A stretch of DNA of 64,000 nt from Flavobacteriales bacterium (GCA_020635435.1 JACJZU010000003.1:258066-322065), one strand, 5' to 3'. Shown: positions 29,943 to 43,194, numbered from the stretch's first letter. Notes: generated by a model from the sequence alone, not told the origin. Made by a program: numbers and translations.

Positions 29943-30896
29943 TTAAGGTAAATATTGGTTCACAAAACTGTTCACATGTCCTTCTATCGTAGCGACTATA
30001 TTGGTATAGTCCCTCTTGATAAAGGCCTCCCCGGTGATCTGCTCATATAGTTCGATGTAGCGTGCACTTACACTTTCGATGAACTCAGCCGACATATCCG
30101 GAATGAGTTGACCTTCCAGGCCCTGAAAGCCATGATCCATCAACCATTTTCGTACAAATTCCTTGGAAAGCTGCCGCTGCTGCTGGTCTTTGGCCTGAAT
30201 CTCTTCGTAGGTATTTGCATAGAAGTACCTCGAACTATCCGGAGTATGGATCTCATCGATCAATCGGATCTTATCTTCGTGAGTCCCAAATTCGTACTTG
30301 GTGTCCACCAGGATCAGACCTCTGCTCTCTGCCTTTTTGGAACCAAAATCGAATAGTGCTTTCGCATAGCCTTCGATCTGATCGAGCTGTTTTTTTCGCA
30401 TCAAGCGGTTCTTGATGATATCCGACATCGTGATATCCGTATCATGTCCATCCTTGCTCTTGATGGTGGGAGTGAGGATCGGTTCCGGCAGTTTATCGTT
30501 CTCCTTCAGGCCATCGGGTAATGCAACACCGCAGATCTCACGACCTCCATCGCGGTAGATCCGCCAGGCATGTCCGGCCAAATAGCCACGCACAACGATC
30601 TCGACCGGAAAAGGAGCACATAAATACCCCACTGTTACATGTGGATCGGGCTCGCTGATCTTCCAATTCGGAACAATATCGGCTGTGTCGTCCAGGAATC
30701 GTGAGGCGATCTGATTCAAGACCTGACCTTTGTAAGGAATAGGCAATGGCAATACCTGATCGAATGCCGAGATCCGATCCGTAGCCACCAATACCAGAAA
30801 TTTATTGTCGAGATTGTAGGCATCACGCACCTTACCCCGCATAAAATCCACCTGCTTTCTGAAATACAGGTTCGTTGCTACCAATGAAGTTTCCAT
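29943..30896 (-). CDS. purC: Phosphoribosylaminoimidazole-succinocarboxamide (SAICAR) synthase
   Basis: LVLVATDRISAFDQVLP and a long-form (~317 aa) PurC. Probable start METSLVATNLYF. The ORF-track start at 30908 is 4 codons longer. Confidence 0.9.
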   Translation of the reverse strand: METSLVATNLYFRKQVDFMRGKVRDAYNLDNKFLVLVATDRISAFDQVLPLPIPYKGQVLNQIASRFLDDTADIVPNWKISEPDPHVTVGYLCAPFPVEIVVRGYLAGHAWRIYRDGGREICGVALPDGLKENDKLPEPILTPTIKSKDGHDTDITMSDIIKNRLMRKKQLDQIEGYAKALFDFGSKKAESRGLILVDTKYEFGTHEDKIRLIDEIHTPDSSRYFYANTYEEIQAKDQQQRQLSKEFVRKWLMDHGFQGLEGQLIPDMSAEFIESVSARYIELYEQITGEAFIKRDYTNIVATIEGHVNSFVNQYLP

Positions 30897-30999
30897 GACA
30901 GACTGCATGTTAGGTCAAAATTAATGCATTGGTTCTACGCGCATCTTTGAATACGCTCCAATAATGTGCAAAGTAATGGGAATTAGTGTGGATTAGATG

Positions 31000-32052
31000 T
31001 TAATTACCTGATAAAAATGCAAGTGTATCCCGGTTGTCGGCATAGGTATCAAGATGGGTTAATTGCGTAGTTCCGGGCAGTATAGCACCCGGAATCGGTG
31101 CAATGCTCACCACACATTGTATCTCGTTCACCAGGTCTCTCAGTTTATCCACAACATCCCCGATCTGTTGATAATGTGAATAAAATACACTGCTCAGCGG
31201 GGCGTGCAGACCCGGGTCCTCCTTCAAGAGCAACAACTCATTGTCCAGATGCTTTGTTCCGTTCATCAGGAATATGGCCTTGTGATAGGTGTAGTTGTTC
31301 GCGTATTTGTTGTGATGAATGAGCCTCGACCAGGGTTTCATGGCTTCGTAAAATGCCGTGAAATCGTAGTCTGCGGGCACATAGAGCTTCGAAACGTTCC
31401 GGCACCCCAATCCAAAATAGCGGAATATATCTTCTCCGAGGCCTGCGAGATCTTCGGGCGATTCGGATCCGGTGAGCACTGCAACCCCCGTCCGGTTTTT
31501 ACGGATCAGGTGCGGCAAGTTGCGAAAGTAATATTCGAAATACCTCGAGGTATTGTTGCTCCCGGTTGCAATCACCATGTCAACTCCCTGAATGCGTTCA
31601 GCGGTCTCAATAAGTCCCGAGTAGGATGGGTCTATAGCTGATATTCTCTCGATCACCCATTTCATCAAAGGTTCATCATCCCTGCTCATCTTGATCAAGG
31701 CGGAATGACCAACGCTCAGAACACACAAAAGATCATGCAGACCAACGAGAGGGATATTACCGGCCATTACAATGCCTACGCGCTTGGTCTCCGAAGGTGC
31801 TACCGGATCCGGTATCCACTGGTTCACGGCCGATCCGCTTAAACTGCGCGCCCAGTTTCTCAAACAATAACGGACGTTTTCCGGGGTGAACCAGTTATTA
31901 TGCAGATAGGCCTGTTCAAATAACTCCGATTCTGATTCAGCCAGCCGGGCACATTCCCGGCCCAATTCCATCAACATTTGGGCGTGATCTTCTCTCTTCA
32001 GGATTTTCATGATGTTCTGGTGTATTTCCATCTTCGGTGACTCCAAAGCCAC
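31000..32052 (-). CDS. LuxC-like acyl-CoA reductase family protein (putative)
   Basis: ~350 aa. The length and N-terminal region resemble the Bacteroidota short acyl-CoA reductase (LuxC superfamily) proteins. The assignment is from memory of the family, not from a computed alignment. Confidence 0.4.
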   Translation of the reverse strand: MALESPKMEIHQNIMKILKREDHAQMLMELGRECARLAESESELFEQAYLHNNWFTPENVRYCLRNWARSLSGSAVNQWIPDPVAPSETKRVGIVMAGNIPLVGLHDLLCVLSVGHSALIKMSRDDEPLMKWVIERISAIDPSYSGLIETAERIQGVDMVIATGSNNTSRYFEYYFRNLPHLIRKNRTGVAVLTGSESPEDLAGLGEDIFRYFGLGCRNVSKLYVPADYDFTAFYEAMKPWSRLIHHNKYANNYTYHKAIFLMNGTKHLDNELLLLKEDPGLHAPLSSVFYSHYQQIGDVVDKLRDLVNEIQCVVSIAPIPGAILPGTTQLTHLDTYADNRDTLAFLSGN

Positions 32053-32912
32053 GATTCCGGCTGTTTTTTAATGTTCTCCATCAACATGGTCGCATATCGG
32101 TCGGTGAGTTCCTGCTCGGAACAGGACTTCGGTTCCAGACAGAGCGTTCTGAAATTTGCCGTATAGTACCCCCTTCTTACCCGTAGTACTTCGAGGTAGA
32201 GCACCGGTTGATTGAACCGAATGGCCAATTTTTGGAATCCGGAGAAGAAGGCCGTTTCTCTACCCAGGAATTCAGTCCATACAGCATTCTGTCGCGGTGG
32301 ATTCTGGTCGGCAATGAAACATCCGCCCAGCACTTCGTTCCGGTGTTCCAAAAGGTACCGCACTGCAGTGTGCATATCGATCACGTCGGCGCCGTATCTG
32401 GAACGGACCCCATGAACGATCGCGTCTACCCGCTTATTCGAAAGTGGGCGATAGAGCGTGTAGAACGGGAATCTGGTTTCTGCTACCACTTTTTGCAGCA
32501 CCCATTCCCAGCTGTTTACATGCCCCATAACCAACATCACACTCTTTCCCTCGGCCTGAAACTCGTGAAACAATTCCACATTTTCGAGCTCAACCCTGCG
32601 TTTGTAGAACCGCTGGTCCACCGAGAGCTGTTTCCAGAATTCCACGATCAATGAACTCATGTGCCGGTAGTAGGCCCATTCGATTTTCAAGATTTGAGCG
32701 GAATTAAACTCCGGAAAGCATTGAACCAGATTTTCACGGACAACGCTCCGCCTGTAACGCACGATCCGGTACAATACCATGGCAAACACATCCCCAATTC
32801 CATGAAGTACTGCCATGGGCAAATAGCTTCCTGTTTTTACAGGAACCCAAACCAGACCGAACAGAAGTTTCTGCCACATGCAGGCGCAAAGTAACGTGCT
32901 AAAGCCCCGCAA
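32007..32912 (-). CDS. Lipid A biosynthesis (Kdo2-lipid IVA) lauroyl/myristoyl acyltransferase family, LpxL/HtrB-like
   Basis: The C-terminal ...WLWSHRRWK motif and the HxxxxD-region context (MGHVNSWEW) are typical of LpxL-family acyltransferases. N-terminal TM helix. Likely start MWQKLLFGLVW at ~32879. Overlaps the LuxC-like gene by ~46 nt. Confidence 0.65.
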   Translation of the reverse strand: MRGFSTLLCACMWQKLLFGLVWVPVKTGSYLPMAVLHGIGDVFAMVLYRIVRYRRSVVRENLVQCFPEFNSAQILKIEWAYYRHMSSLIVEFWKQLSVDQRFYKRRVELENVELFHEFQAEGKSVMLVMGHVNSWEWVLQKVVAETRFPFYTLYRPLSNKRVDAIVHGVRSRYGADVIDMHTAVRYLLEHRNEVLGGCFIADQNPPRQNAVWTEFLGRETAFFSGFQKLAIRFNQPVLYLEVLRVRRGYYTANFRTLCLEPKSCSEQELTDRYATMLMENIKKQPESWLWSHRRWKYTRTS

Positions 32913-32976
32913 TTTTTAACAATTTGTTAAAAACCTGAGTAAGCGCTCCTTAAAAAAATAGCAGAGCTTTGGTAAC

Positions 32977-33450
32977 ATGAAGGCATGGAGAACATTGGCC
33001 GGCGAAAGACTTGAACGCCCGATCAAAGAAGAAGTTGAAGCAGCGATCATCCGCGAGAAGGGATCACATCGACTGAAGGTTTGTATTGGCACCGACTCTC
33101 AGGTCAAAGGTGAGCGAACCGAATTCGCCACGGCAATCGTGTTTCTGCGTGAAGGAAGAGGTGGTTTCCTCTTCCTCAATCGGTTTTATTCCGATCAGCC
33201 CTTCAGTATTCGCGAACGCATGATACGTGAAGTTGCAGAATCGGTGGATATTGCCTATCAGCTTTGCCCCATCTTCGATAAGCACAATGTGGAACTGGAG
33301 GTGCATGCCGACATAAATACAGACCCGCAATTCAAATCCAATATTGCTCTAAAGGAAGCCATGGGATACATACTCGGTATGGGATATACATTCCGCGCCA
33401 AGCCCGATGCGTTTGCCAGTACTTCCTGCGCAAATAAGATCATTCAGTAG
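32977..33450 (+). CDS. RNase H-like YkuK/DUF458 family protein (putative)
   Basis: The motif KVCIGTDSQ and the ~155-aa length match the YkuK/DUF458 family as remembered. No alignment was computed. Confidence 0.45.
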   Translation: MKAWRTLAGERLERPIKEEVEAAIIREKGSHRLKVCIGTDSQVKGERTEFATAIVFLREGRGGFLFLNRFYSDQPFSIRERMIREVAESVDIAYQLCPIFDKHNVELEVHADINTDPQFKSNIALKEAMGYILGMGYTFRAKPDAFASTSCANKIIQ

Positions 33451-33491
33451 GGCAAACATCTCCAGACCTCAGTAGCCATCATACGGCAGAC

Positions 33492-34217
33492 CTAAAGCTT
33501 CAGGCCGATACCAAGCCTACCACTTACGATCTGGGGGAATAACTGAAAGTTGTATGAAGAGGTTCTTTGTTGACCTTCGGTGAATAAAGGATTTTCCACT
33601 TTGTTGACATCCAAATAGCTATCAGCCAGGCATATGGGCATATTCAGATCCAAAAACAATTTATCGGAGATGTGGTACAAGAGCCTTGGCATCAGGAAGA
33701 ACATAGCCCCGGAATTGGTCTGCCTTGTGGGAAATGAATTGGAGTTCCTCGGACTGCTATCGGTGAGGCGGAAATATGGGTTGATACCAATACCGGCAGA
33801 CGGGATGAGCTTTTGGGAGGTGGATCGGTTCAGATAAAAATTATACTCGTAACGTACGGAAACTTCAGCGATTCTCATATCGCTTCCCATGGGGACGGGT
33901 TCGATATGTCCGGTTGTATCATTGATCCGATCCGATTTGTTGGAGATGCCATAGAACCTCAACTGTGTAAGCTCGATCTCGTGAAATGTGTTCCTTGGCG
34001 TGTTCCATTGAAAGGCCAGGGTTGGTTGGACAAGTTGCCAATCTACACGGGTATTCTCGATCGTGAAACCGGAAGCATCTTTACTGCTCGTGGAGTTGAC
34101 ACTCCACGTGCTGAGATTATAGAATTTGAGTGATTTACCATCAACCGCATCTGACACTTGAGCGGAACTGATCAAAAAAGAAACTGAGAACGTGCATAAA
34201 ACAAGATATTTCAACAT
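33492..34217 (-). CDS. Putative outer-membrane beta-barrel protein (hypothetical)
   Basis: Signal peptide MLKYLVLCTFSVSFLISSAQ. Alternating hydrophobic beta-strand pattern. Aromatic/aliphatic C-terminus ...LGIGLKL. Confidence 0.4.
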   Translation of the reverse strand: MLKYLVLCTFSVSFLISSAQVSDAVDGKSLKFYNLSTWSVNSTSSKDASGFTIENTRVDWQLVQPTLAFQWNTPRNTFHEIELTQLRFYGISNKSDRINDTTGHIEPVPMGSDMRIAEVSVRYEYNFYLNRSTSQKLIPSAGIGINPYFRLTDSSPRNSNSFPTRQTNSGAMFFLMPRLLYHISDKLFLDLNMPICLADSYLDVNKVENPLFTEGQQRTSSYNFQLFPQIVSGRLGIGLKL

Positions 34218-34377
34218 GGAGCTTGGAATTTTAGTTCTGAACGGCCGAATGAGTTCAATATTTCATACCGGCATGGAATAATGATGTACGAGGCCGTGGT
34301 AGGGCGAGTATATCGGGCTTTTATATTTCGCTATTTTTGCGCCGCCGTATCGGCGAATCAATAAGCACTAGTAGAGT

Positions 34378-35691
34378 ATGGCGTACGAATTGATTATGCC
34401 CAAAATGGGCGAGAGCATTGAAGAAGCAACCATCATAAGGTGGTTGAAGGAAGAAGGTGATAGTATTGCTGCCGACGAAGCCGTTCTGGAAATAGCCACG
34501 GACAAAGTCGATTCGGAGGTTCCGGCACCGGAAGCAGGCGTGCTTTTGAAGAAGTTATTTACCGATGGCGATGTGGTAAAAGTAGGAGCAGCTATTGCGC
34601 AGATCGGTGGAGGAAATGAAAGTGTTGTGAGCAGCCCTGCCACAACATCGGCTCCCGTGCAGAATGCCTCAGTTCCTGTGGCGGAAAAGGTGCTCGAAAC
34701 GAAAGCAGTTTCAGCTCCCGTCCCGGTAAATGGCAACAGCGATCGTTTTTACTCACCTTTGGTAATGAACATCGCCCGCACGGAGCAGGTTTCAATGGCC
34801 GAATTGGAACAAATGGCCGGAACCGGTCAAAATGGACGGGTAACCAAACGGGACATACTCGCATACATAAGTAATCGTTCCGCCCAGCCGGTGCAAAAGC
34901 AGGTCGTGGAGTCGGTGCCCGTTCAAACCGCTGCACCTGCACTGAAATCGGAGCCCAAGGCACCAGCAGTTTCATTGAACAGCGGTGATGAGATCATAGA
35001 GATGGACCGTATGCGCAAGTTGATCGCCGATCACATGGTGATGAGCAAGCATACCTCACCGCATGTTACCTCATTTGTTGAGGCTGATGTGACCAACATT
35101 GTCAATTGGAGGAACAAGCATAAACGCACATTTGAGGAAAGAGATGGTGAAAAACTCACTTTTACGCCGATCTTCATCGAGGCAATCGTGAAAGCCATCA
35201 AGGATTTCCCTATGATCAACATCAGTGTTGATGGTGATCGTATCATTCGCCGTAAACAGATCAATATCGGCATGGCCGCGGCATTGCCAAGTGGTAACCT
35301 TATTGTCCCGGTGATCCGAAATGCAGATACGATGAATCTGGTTGGTTTGGCCCGCTCGGTGAACGATCTGGCAAACCGGGCCAGGAACAATGCGCTGAAA
35401 CCGGACGAAATTCAAGGCGGTACTTATACTGTGACGAATGTGGGTACATTTGGGAACGTGATGGGAACCCCAATCATCAACCAGCCACAGGTGGCCATCA
35501 TGGCTACAGGGGCTATACGCAAGAAACCTGCGGTCATTGAGACCGAATTTGGGGATATGATCGGTATCCGGCACATGATGTTCCTCTCACATTCATACGA
35601 TCACCGGGTGGTAGACGGAGCCCTGGGCGGTATGTTCGTGCGAAGGGTTGCCGACTATCTCGAGAATTGGGATATGAACCGCGAGATGTAG
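34378..35691 (+). CDS. 2-oxoacid dehydrogenase complex E2 component (dihydrolipoyllysine-residue acyltransferase)
   Basis: N-terminal lipoyl domain (IMPKMGESIEEATIIRWLKEEGDSI...LEIATDKV). Ala/Pro-rich linker. Catalytic domain with SHSYDHRVVDGA (His-Asp active site). Confidence 0.85.
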   Translation: MAYELIMPKMGESIEEATIIRWLKEEGDSIAADEAVLEIATDKVDSEVPAPEAGVLLKKLFTDGDVVKVGAAIAQIGGGNESVVSSPATTSAPVQNASVPVAEKVLETKAVSAPVPVNGNSDRFYSPLVMNIARTEQVSMAELEQMAGTGQNGRVTKRDILAYISNRSAQPVQKQVVESVPVQTAAPALKSEPKAPAVSLNSGDEIIEMDRMRKLIADHMVMSKHTSPHVTSFVEADVTNIVNWRNKHKRTFEERDGEKLTFTPIFIEAIVKAIKDFPMINISVDGDRIIRRKQINIGMAAALPSGNLIVPVIRNADTMNLVGLARSVNDLANRARNNALKPDEIQGGTYTVTNVGTFGNVMGTPIINQPQVAIMATGAIRKKPAVIETEFGDMIGIRHMMFLSHSYDHRVVDGALGGMFVRRVADYLENWDMNREM

Positions 35692-35708
35692 ATCACAGAT
35701 CAAAAGAA

Positions 35709-36482
35709 ATGGACTCTCTGGCAATAATTCCGGCCCGATTTGGCAGCACCCGATTTCCGGGTAAACCACTGGTTCCAATAGCCGGCAAAAGCTTGCTTCG
35801 CCGGGTATACGAGCAGGTTCAAAAGAGCAATGTGGACGATATTCTCGTTGCAACAGATGATGAACGGATCTTTGATCACGTATTGGATTTTGGCGGTAAT
35901 GTGGTCATGACATCGACGGAGCTCGAAAATGGCACCGAACGATTATTGGCCGCTTTCGAGCTTGCAGTGGAGGAAGAGGATGAATACGACGTGATCATCA
36001 ACGTTCAAGGCGATGAGCCAGCCATTGATCCACAGGATATCAATAAGATCCTGAATATTTTTAGAGAGGAAGAAACCGATATCGCTACGCTTGCAACCAA
36101 AATTGACAGTGCCGAAGAATTATTCAACCCCAACATCGTCAAGCTCGTTGCTTCGGACTTTGAAGAGGGAATAGCGGATGCATTGTACTTCAGCCGCCAG
36201 GCCATTCCTTTCGTTCGAGATGCACAACCGGAGGATTGGTTGAAACACGGCACATTTTACCGACATGTAGGAATCTACGGTTTTTCGGCAGAATCCTTGG
36301 AAGCCATTCGGGGTTTATCGGTAAGTCCATTGGAAAAAGCTGAAAAACTCGAACAACTGCGTTGGCTCCAGAATCACTTCGTGATAAGTGTGGCACTTAC
36401 TGCCAATAAGCCACATGGTGTGGACGTTCCGGCCGATGTGGAGCTTGTGGAGAAACTCTTGAAAAGCATTGGGCTTCCCTGA
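35709..36482 (+). CDS. kdsB: 3-deoxy-manno-octulosonate cytidylyltransferase (CMP-Kdo synthetase)
   Basis: The start MDSLAIIPARFGSTRFPGKPL matches the KdsB N-terminus. The ORF-track start at 35667 overlaps the E2 stop. Confidence 0.85.
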   Translation: MDSLAIIPARFGSTRFPGKPLVPIAGKSLLRRVYEQVQKSNVDDILVATDDERIFDHVLDFGGNVVMTSTELENGTERLLAAFELAVEEEDEYDVIINVQGDEPAIDPQDINKILNIFREEETDIATLATKIDSAEELFNPNIVKLVASDFEEGIADALYFSRQAIPFVRDAQPEDWLKHGTFYRHVGIYGFSAESLEAIRGLSVSPLEKAEKLEQLRWLQNHFVISVALTANKPHGVDVPADVELVEKLLKSIGLP

Positions 36483-36527
36483 GCATTTTCGCTCCGATTT
36501 GCAGTACTTTTGAATCCCGTACAATAG

Positions 36528-38986
<2,459 letters not shown>

Positions 38987-39043
38987 GCAGCCAAAATACG
39001 GATTCTGTATGGAGAGCACGATATGCCGACTAATTTTGCGCAC

Positions 39044-40999
39044 ATGATTGCACTGAACGATGTATCCTTTGAATTCGCGGGAAATTACCTCTATCGCAAT
39101 ATCAATTGGCACATCAAACCGAAAGAGCGGATCGGTCTGGTAGGGAAGAACGGAAGTGGGAAAACGACTCTTTTGCGACTCATTACCGGAACGTATGAAT
39201 TGAGGGAAGGGAATATTTCCATGGCCAAAGGCCTTAAGATGGGCTACCTGCATCAGGAAATGGCAGAAACCCATACGGATGACAGCATTGTTCAAGTGGC
39301 TATGAGAGCGTTCGAAAGCTGCATCCGCATGGAAAAGGAGATGCATGAATTGTACGAGCGACTGGAACACGACCATTCTCAGGAGGTTTTAGACAGACTC
39401 GGCCATCTGCAGAGCGAATTTGAACGGATGGGGGGGTACGAAATGCAGAGTAGAACAGAAGAGATCCTCGAGGGTCTTGGATTCAGTACGCCGGATCTTC
39501 AACGTCCATTATCCGAGTTCAGCGGTGGATGGCGGATGCGCGTCATCCTTGCCAGGATGTTGCTCGAACAGCCCGAATTATTGATCCTCGACGAACCTAC
39601 GAACCACCTGGATCTACCTTCCATTGAGTGGTTGGAGCAATATCTGCAAACCTATGCCGGAACGGTGATCGTTGTTTCGCACGACCGTACTTTCCTCAAC
39701 CGAATGGTAACCAAGATCGTGGAACTTGCTCACAAGAAACTGTATATTTGGGAGGGTAACTACGACTTTTATCAAAAAGCCAAACAGGAACGCGACGACC
39801 TGCAGAAGCGACAATTCGACAATCAGCAACAGTTCATCAAGGACCAGGAAAAATTCATAAACAGGTTCCGGGCAAAAGCTTCTAAGGCCACGGCAGTGCA
39901 AAGCCGCATCAAAATGCTGGAAAAACTGGACCGGGTTGAGGAGATCGAGCAAGATGGTCCCACCATGCGTTTGAACTTCACGGTTGATCATCCGTCGGGA
40001 AAGGTAGTTATGGAATTGGATGAGATCAGTAAATCATTTGGAACGAACCACATCCTCCAAAAAGCATCTGCTCACATAAGCAGGGGGGATAAGATCGCGC
40101 TGATCGGTGCCAACGGGAAAGGTAAATCGACTTTGTTACGGATCATCCACGGTTCGGAACCTGTGCTTGGAGAGCGGAAAGAAGGCCACAATGTTCAGAT
40201 GGCGTTCTATGCGCAGCACCAGTTGGAGGCATTAGATCTCAATGCCACTGTTTTGGAAGAGTTGAAGCACCATGGAAGCAACTGGATGGAATCCGAATTG
40301 CGCAATTTGCTGGGTTGTTTCTTATTTGGGGGTGAAGATGTTGAGAAGAACATCCGCGTTCTGAGCGGAGGGGAGAAAAGTCGGGTTGCATTGGCCAAAA
40401 CCCTGGTCGAGCGTGCGAATTTTCTTTTGTTGGACGAACCTACGAATCACCTTGATATTGGTTCCATTGAAGTGCTTATCGAGGCTTTGCAGCGGTTTCC
40501 GGCAACATTTGTGTTGGTAAGTCACGATCGCGATTTCATCGCACGAACTGCCAATAAGGTCTGGTGGATAGAAGGTCAGCAGATCAAGGAATATCCCGGC
40601 ACGTACGATGAATTTGTGACCTGGCAGCAAAAAAGGGAAATGGAAACCTTGCAACGGGCAAGTGTTCAGTCCAAATTAGAAAAGGAGGAGAAAAAACAGA
40701 ACCGTGCTTCACACCGCGACGATGGGGACAAACAGCTACAGGAACTGAAGAAAAAGCGCAACAAGTTGGAAAGGCGTTACAAGGAAGAGGAGGATTATGT
40801 TGCAGAATTGGAAGGTAAGCTCAAACACATCGAATCTCAACTTGCCGATCCTGAGATCTCCGGTCAGCATCAACGCATCATTGAACTCTCGAACGATCAC
40901 GGTAAGATCGAAACTCAATTGATATCCGCCCGGGAAAAGATGGAAAACGCCCTCGAGGCTCTCATGGAGATCGAGGAGGAAATGGAGCAAATGCGCTGA
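39044..40999 (+). CDS. ABC-F family ATPase (two ABC domains, C-terminal coiled-coil extension)
   Basis: The start MIALNDVSFEFAGNYLYRNINWHIKPKERIGLVGKNGSGKTTLL matches the canonical ABC-F N-terminus. Second Walker A GANGKGKSTLL. C-terminal Lys/Glu-rich coiled coil. An alternative ATG lies at 39023. Confidence 0.85.
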   Translation: MIALNDVSFEFAGNYLYRNINWHIKPKERIGLVGKNGSGKTTLLRLITGTYELREGNISMAKGLKMGYLHQEMAETHTDDSIVQVAMRAFESCIRMEKEMHELYERLEHDHSQEVLDRLGHLQSEFERMGGYEMQSRTEEILEGLGFSTPDLQRPLSEFSGGWRMRVILARMLLEQPELLILDEPTNHLDLPSIEWLEQYLQTYAGTVIVVSHDRTFLNRMVTKIVELAHKKLYIWEGNYDFYQKAKQERDDLQKRQFDNQQQFIKDQEKFINRFRAKASKATAVQSRIKMLEKLDRVEEIEQDGPTMRLNFTVDHPSGKVVMELDEISKSFGTNHILQKASAHISRGDKIALIGANGKGKSTLLRIIHGSEPVLGERKEGHNVQMAFYAQHQLEALDLNATVLEELKHHGSNWMESELRNLLGCFLFGGEDVEKNIRVLSGGEKSRVALAKTLVERANFLLLDEPTNHLDIGSIEVLIEALQRFPATFVLVSHDRDFIARTANKVWWIEGQQIKEYPGTYDEFVTWQQKREMETLQRASVQSKLEKEEKKQNRASHRDDGDKQLQELKKKRNKLERRYKEEEDYVAELEGKLKHIESQLADPEISGQHQRIIELSNDHGKIETQLISAREKMENALEALMEIEEEMEQMR

Positions 41000-41028
41000 G
41001 AGCGGATGAACGAAATCTGAGAAGTTGT

Positions 41029-43194
41029 TTAATTCTCCAGTTCCCGCATCAAATATTCGGTGACCTTGTGGTATAAGTGGGCCCGATCCTTACCATTCAC
41101 ATTATGTTCGTGATGGGGATACACGTAGTAATCGAGACCGGTAACTCCGGCTTTTATCGCCTTTTCCAGGTACAAAAGGCTGTGTTGCCAAAGTACCGTG
41201 GCATCCTGTGCTCCATGGATCATGAGTAATCTCCCTTCAAGTTTGTCCACATAATTCAAGAGATTATTCTCTTTGTATCCATCCGGATTTTCCTGAGGTG
41301 TGTCCATGTAACGCTCCGTGTACATGACTTCGTAGTAGGTCCAGTCGATAACCGGTCCACCTGCAACACCGACTTTGAAAATTCCGGGATGCCGGGTCAT
41401 GAGTGAAGTGGTCATGAAACCTCCATAACTCCAGCCGTGAACACCCATTCTCCCCGTGTCGGCATATCCTTGTGCAATGAGCCAGTTGAGACCCGTGAGT
41501 TGATCTTCCATCTCCAGATAGCCCATGCGGCGGTGTACCGCACTTTCAAACTCAAATCCACGATTGGCAGAACCTCGTCCGTCTATGGTGAATACCAGAT
41601 AACCCCGTTGTGCGAGATACTGATACCATAGATTTGCTCCCCCGAGCCATGTATTGCGAACAAGCTGAACATGTGGGCCATTGTAGAGGTACACAATAAC
41701 AGGGTATTTTTTCGATGGATCGAAATCAGTGGGTTTGAAAAGGCGATAGTACAACCGGGTTCCATCTTTGGCTTTGATGTCTCCAATTTCCATCGCTCCG
41801 AGTTTGTAGTCCTTCAGGGGATTTTCTGCCGTGTGAATCGTTGAAACCGGTACACCATTCTTATCGATGATCCGCACCTCGGTTGGTGTCACCGTGTTCG
41901 AGAAGCGATCCAGAAAATGGACCATGTTGGGACTGGCAATAATGCTGTGCGTTCCTGGATCCCTGCTGATCTTACGAGACTTACCGTTCTTCATATTCAC
42001 GCAGAACAGATCGCGGTCAAGCGGACTCTCCGTTGTAGTGATCACAAACAGATTCTCGTCCTGCTCGTCCAATCCGATCAGATCGGTAACTACCCAATTT
42101 CCTTTGGTTAGTTGCTTGAGCTGTTTACCTGATGTGTCGTACAGATAGAGGTGATTGTAGCCATCCCGTTCGCTCCACCAAAGGAATTTTGAATGATCGG
42201 ACTTCAGAAATTGAGCCGGGTGCTCGGGTTCAACGTATTTCGGATTTTGTTCTTCAAACAGGGTTTTGATGAAAGCACCGCTTGATGCATCGTATTTATT
42301 GAGCCACATGTGATTTTGCTGGCGATTCACAACAGCGATATATACAAACTTACTTTCCGGATCCCAGGCTATATTGGTGAGGTATTGCTCCTCCGGCTTG
42401 CCGGTCTGCAGATAGAGTGTTCGGCCACTTTGCAGATGATGAACACCCACCGTTACGTGATGGCTTTTCCGACCCGCAGTAGGGTAGCGGGTCTCGTTAG
42501 CAGTAGCCGGAGTATCGGACAAATTATATAGCGGGTAATTGCTCACCATGCTCTCATCCATTCGATAAAAGGCCAGTGCGTCTCCTTTGTCCGACCAGAA
42601 TAATCCTTCCATGATCCCGAATTCGTTTCGGTGCACAGCTTGTCCGTAAACGATCCCATTTCCACCATCGGTAGTTAATTGAACGGGATTTCCACCGTTA
42701 GTTTGAACATATAACTGCTGATCTTTTATGTACGCCTGGTTGAGCGTGCTCTCGTGCGTTTTGTATACAGTTAGGCCCTCTTTGGAGAAACTGCCTGTTT
42801 TCCTCGTTTTGCGATCGCCAATATGATAAGCCAGATAGTTCCCCTTCCAGAAGTACTGCAATTCGTCCATTCCAAGCCATTTGAACGCCGGGATCGATCG
42901 AAGTGTGTCCAGTTTCGGATCGAAATTGAGCAGACTCTCATTCAGGTCTTTCAATGCGAACGTCTTTATAGGTGCATTGCGTGTTTCTTCCAATTCATGG
43001 ATGATCACCTGCTGTTCACCGTTCTCAGTTGATCGGAATGAATAGCGGTGATCCGTCATCCATTGCAGATCGCTCAAACCCTTCGGGTAAAGATGGTAAC
43101 CGAGGATGGCCTCCTCCATGGTAAATGTCTTTTCCTGTGCAAATGAGGCAAATGAACCGACTAGAATGAAAAAGTATATAATGAACCGTCTCAT
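41029..43194 (-). CDS. Dipeptidyl-peptidase IV-like S9 family serine peptidase (prolyl oligopeptidase family)
   Basis: N-terminal DPP-IV beta-propeller region. C-terminal catalytic GWSYGGFMT, Asp and His. Signal peptide MRRFIIYFFILVGSFASFAQ, with start at 43194. Confidence 0.85.
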   Translation of the reverse strand: MRRFIIYFFILVGSFASFAQEKTFTMEEAILGYHLYPKGLSDLQWMTDHRYSFRSTENGEQQVIIHELEETRNAPIKTFALKDLNESLLNFDPKLDTLRSIPAFKWLGMDELQYFWKGNYLAYHIGDRKTRKTGSFSKEGLTVYKTHESTLNQAYIKDQQLYVQTNGGNPVQLTTDGGNGIVYGQAVHRNEFGIMEGLFWSDKGDALAFYRMDESMVSNYPLYNLSDTPATANETRYPTAGRKSHHVTVGVHHLQSGRTLYLQTGKPEEQYLTNIAWDPESKFVYIAVVNRQQNHMWLNKYDASSGAFIKTLFEEQNPKYVEPEHPAQFLKSDHSKFLWWSERDGYNHLYLYDTSGKQLKQLTKGNWVVTDLIGLDEQDENLFVITTTESPLDRDLFCVNMKNGKSRKISRDPGTHSIIASPNMVHFLDRFSNTVTPTEVRIIDKNGVPVSTIHTAENPLKDYKLGAMEIGDIKAKDGTRLYYRLFKPTDFDPSKKYPVIVYLYNGPHVQLVRNTWLGGANLWYQYLAQRGYLVFTIDGRGSANRGFEFESAVHRRMGYLEMEDQLTGLNWLIAQGYADTGRMGVHGWSYGGFMTTSLMTRHPGIFKVGVAGGPVIDWTYYEVMYTERYMDTPQENPDGYKENNLLNYVDKLEGRLLMIHGAQDATVLWQHSLLYLEKAIKAGVTGLDYYVYPHHEHNVNGKDRAHLYHKVTEYLMRELEN

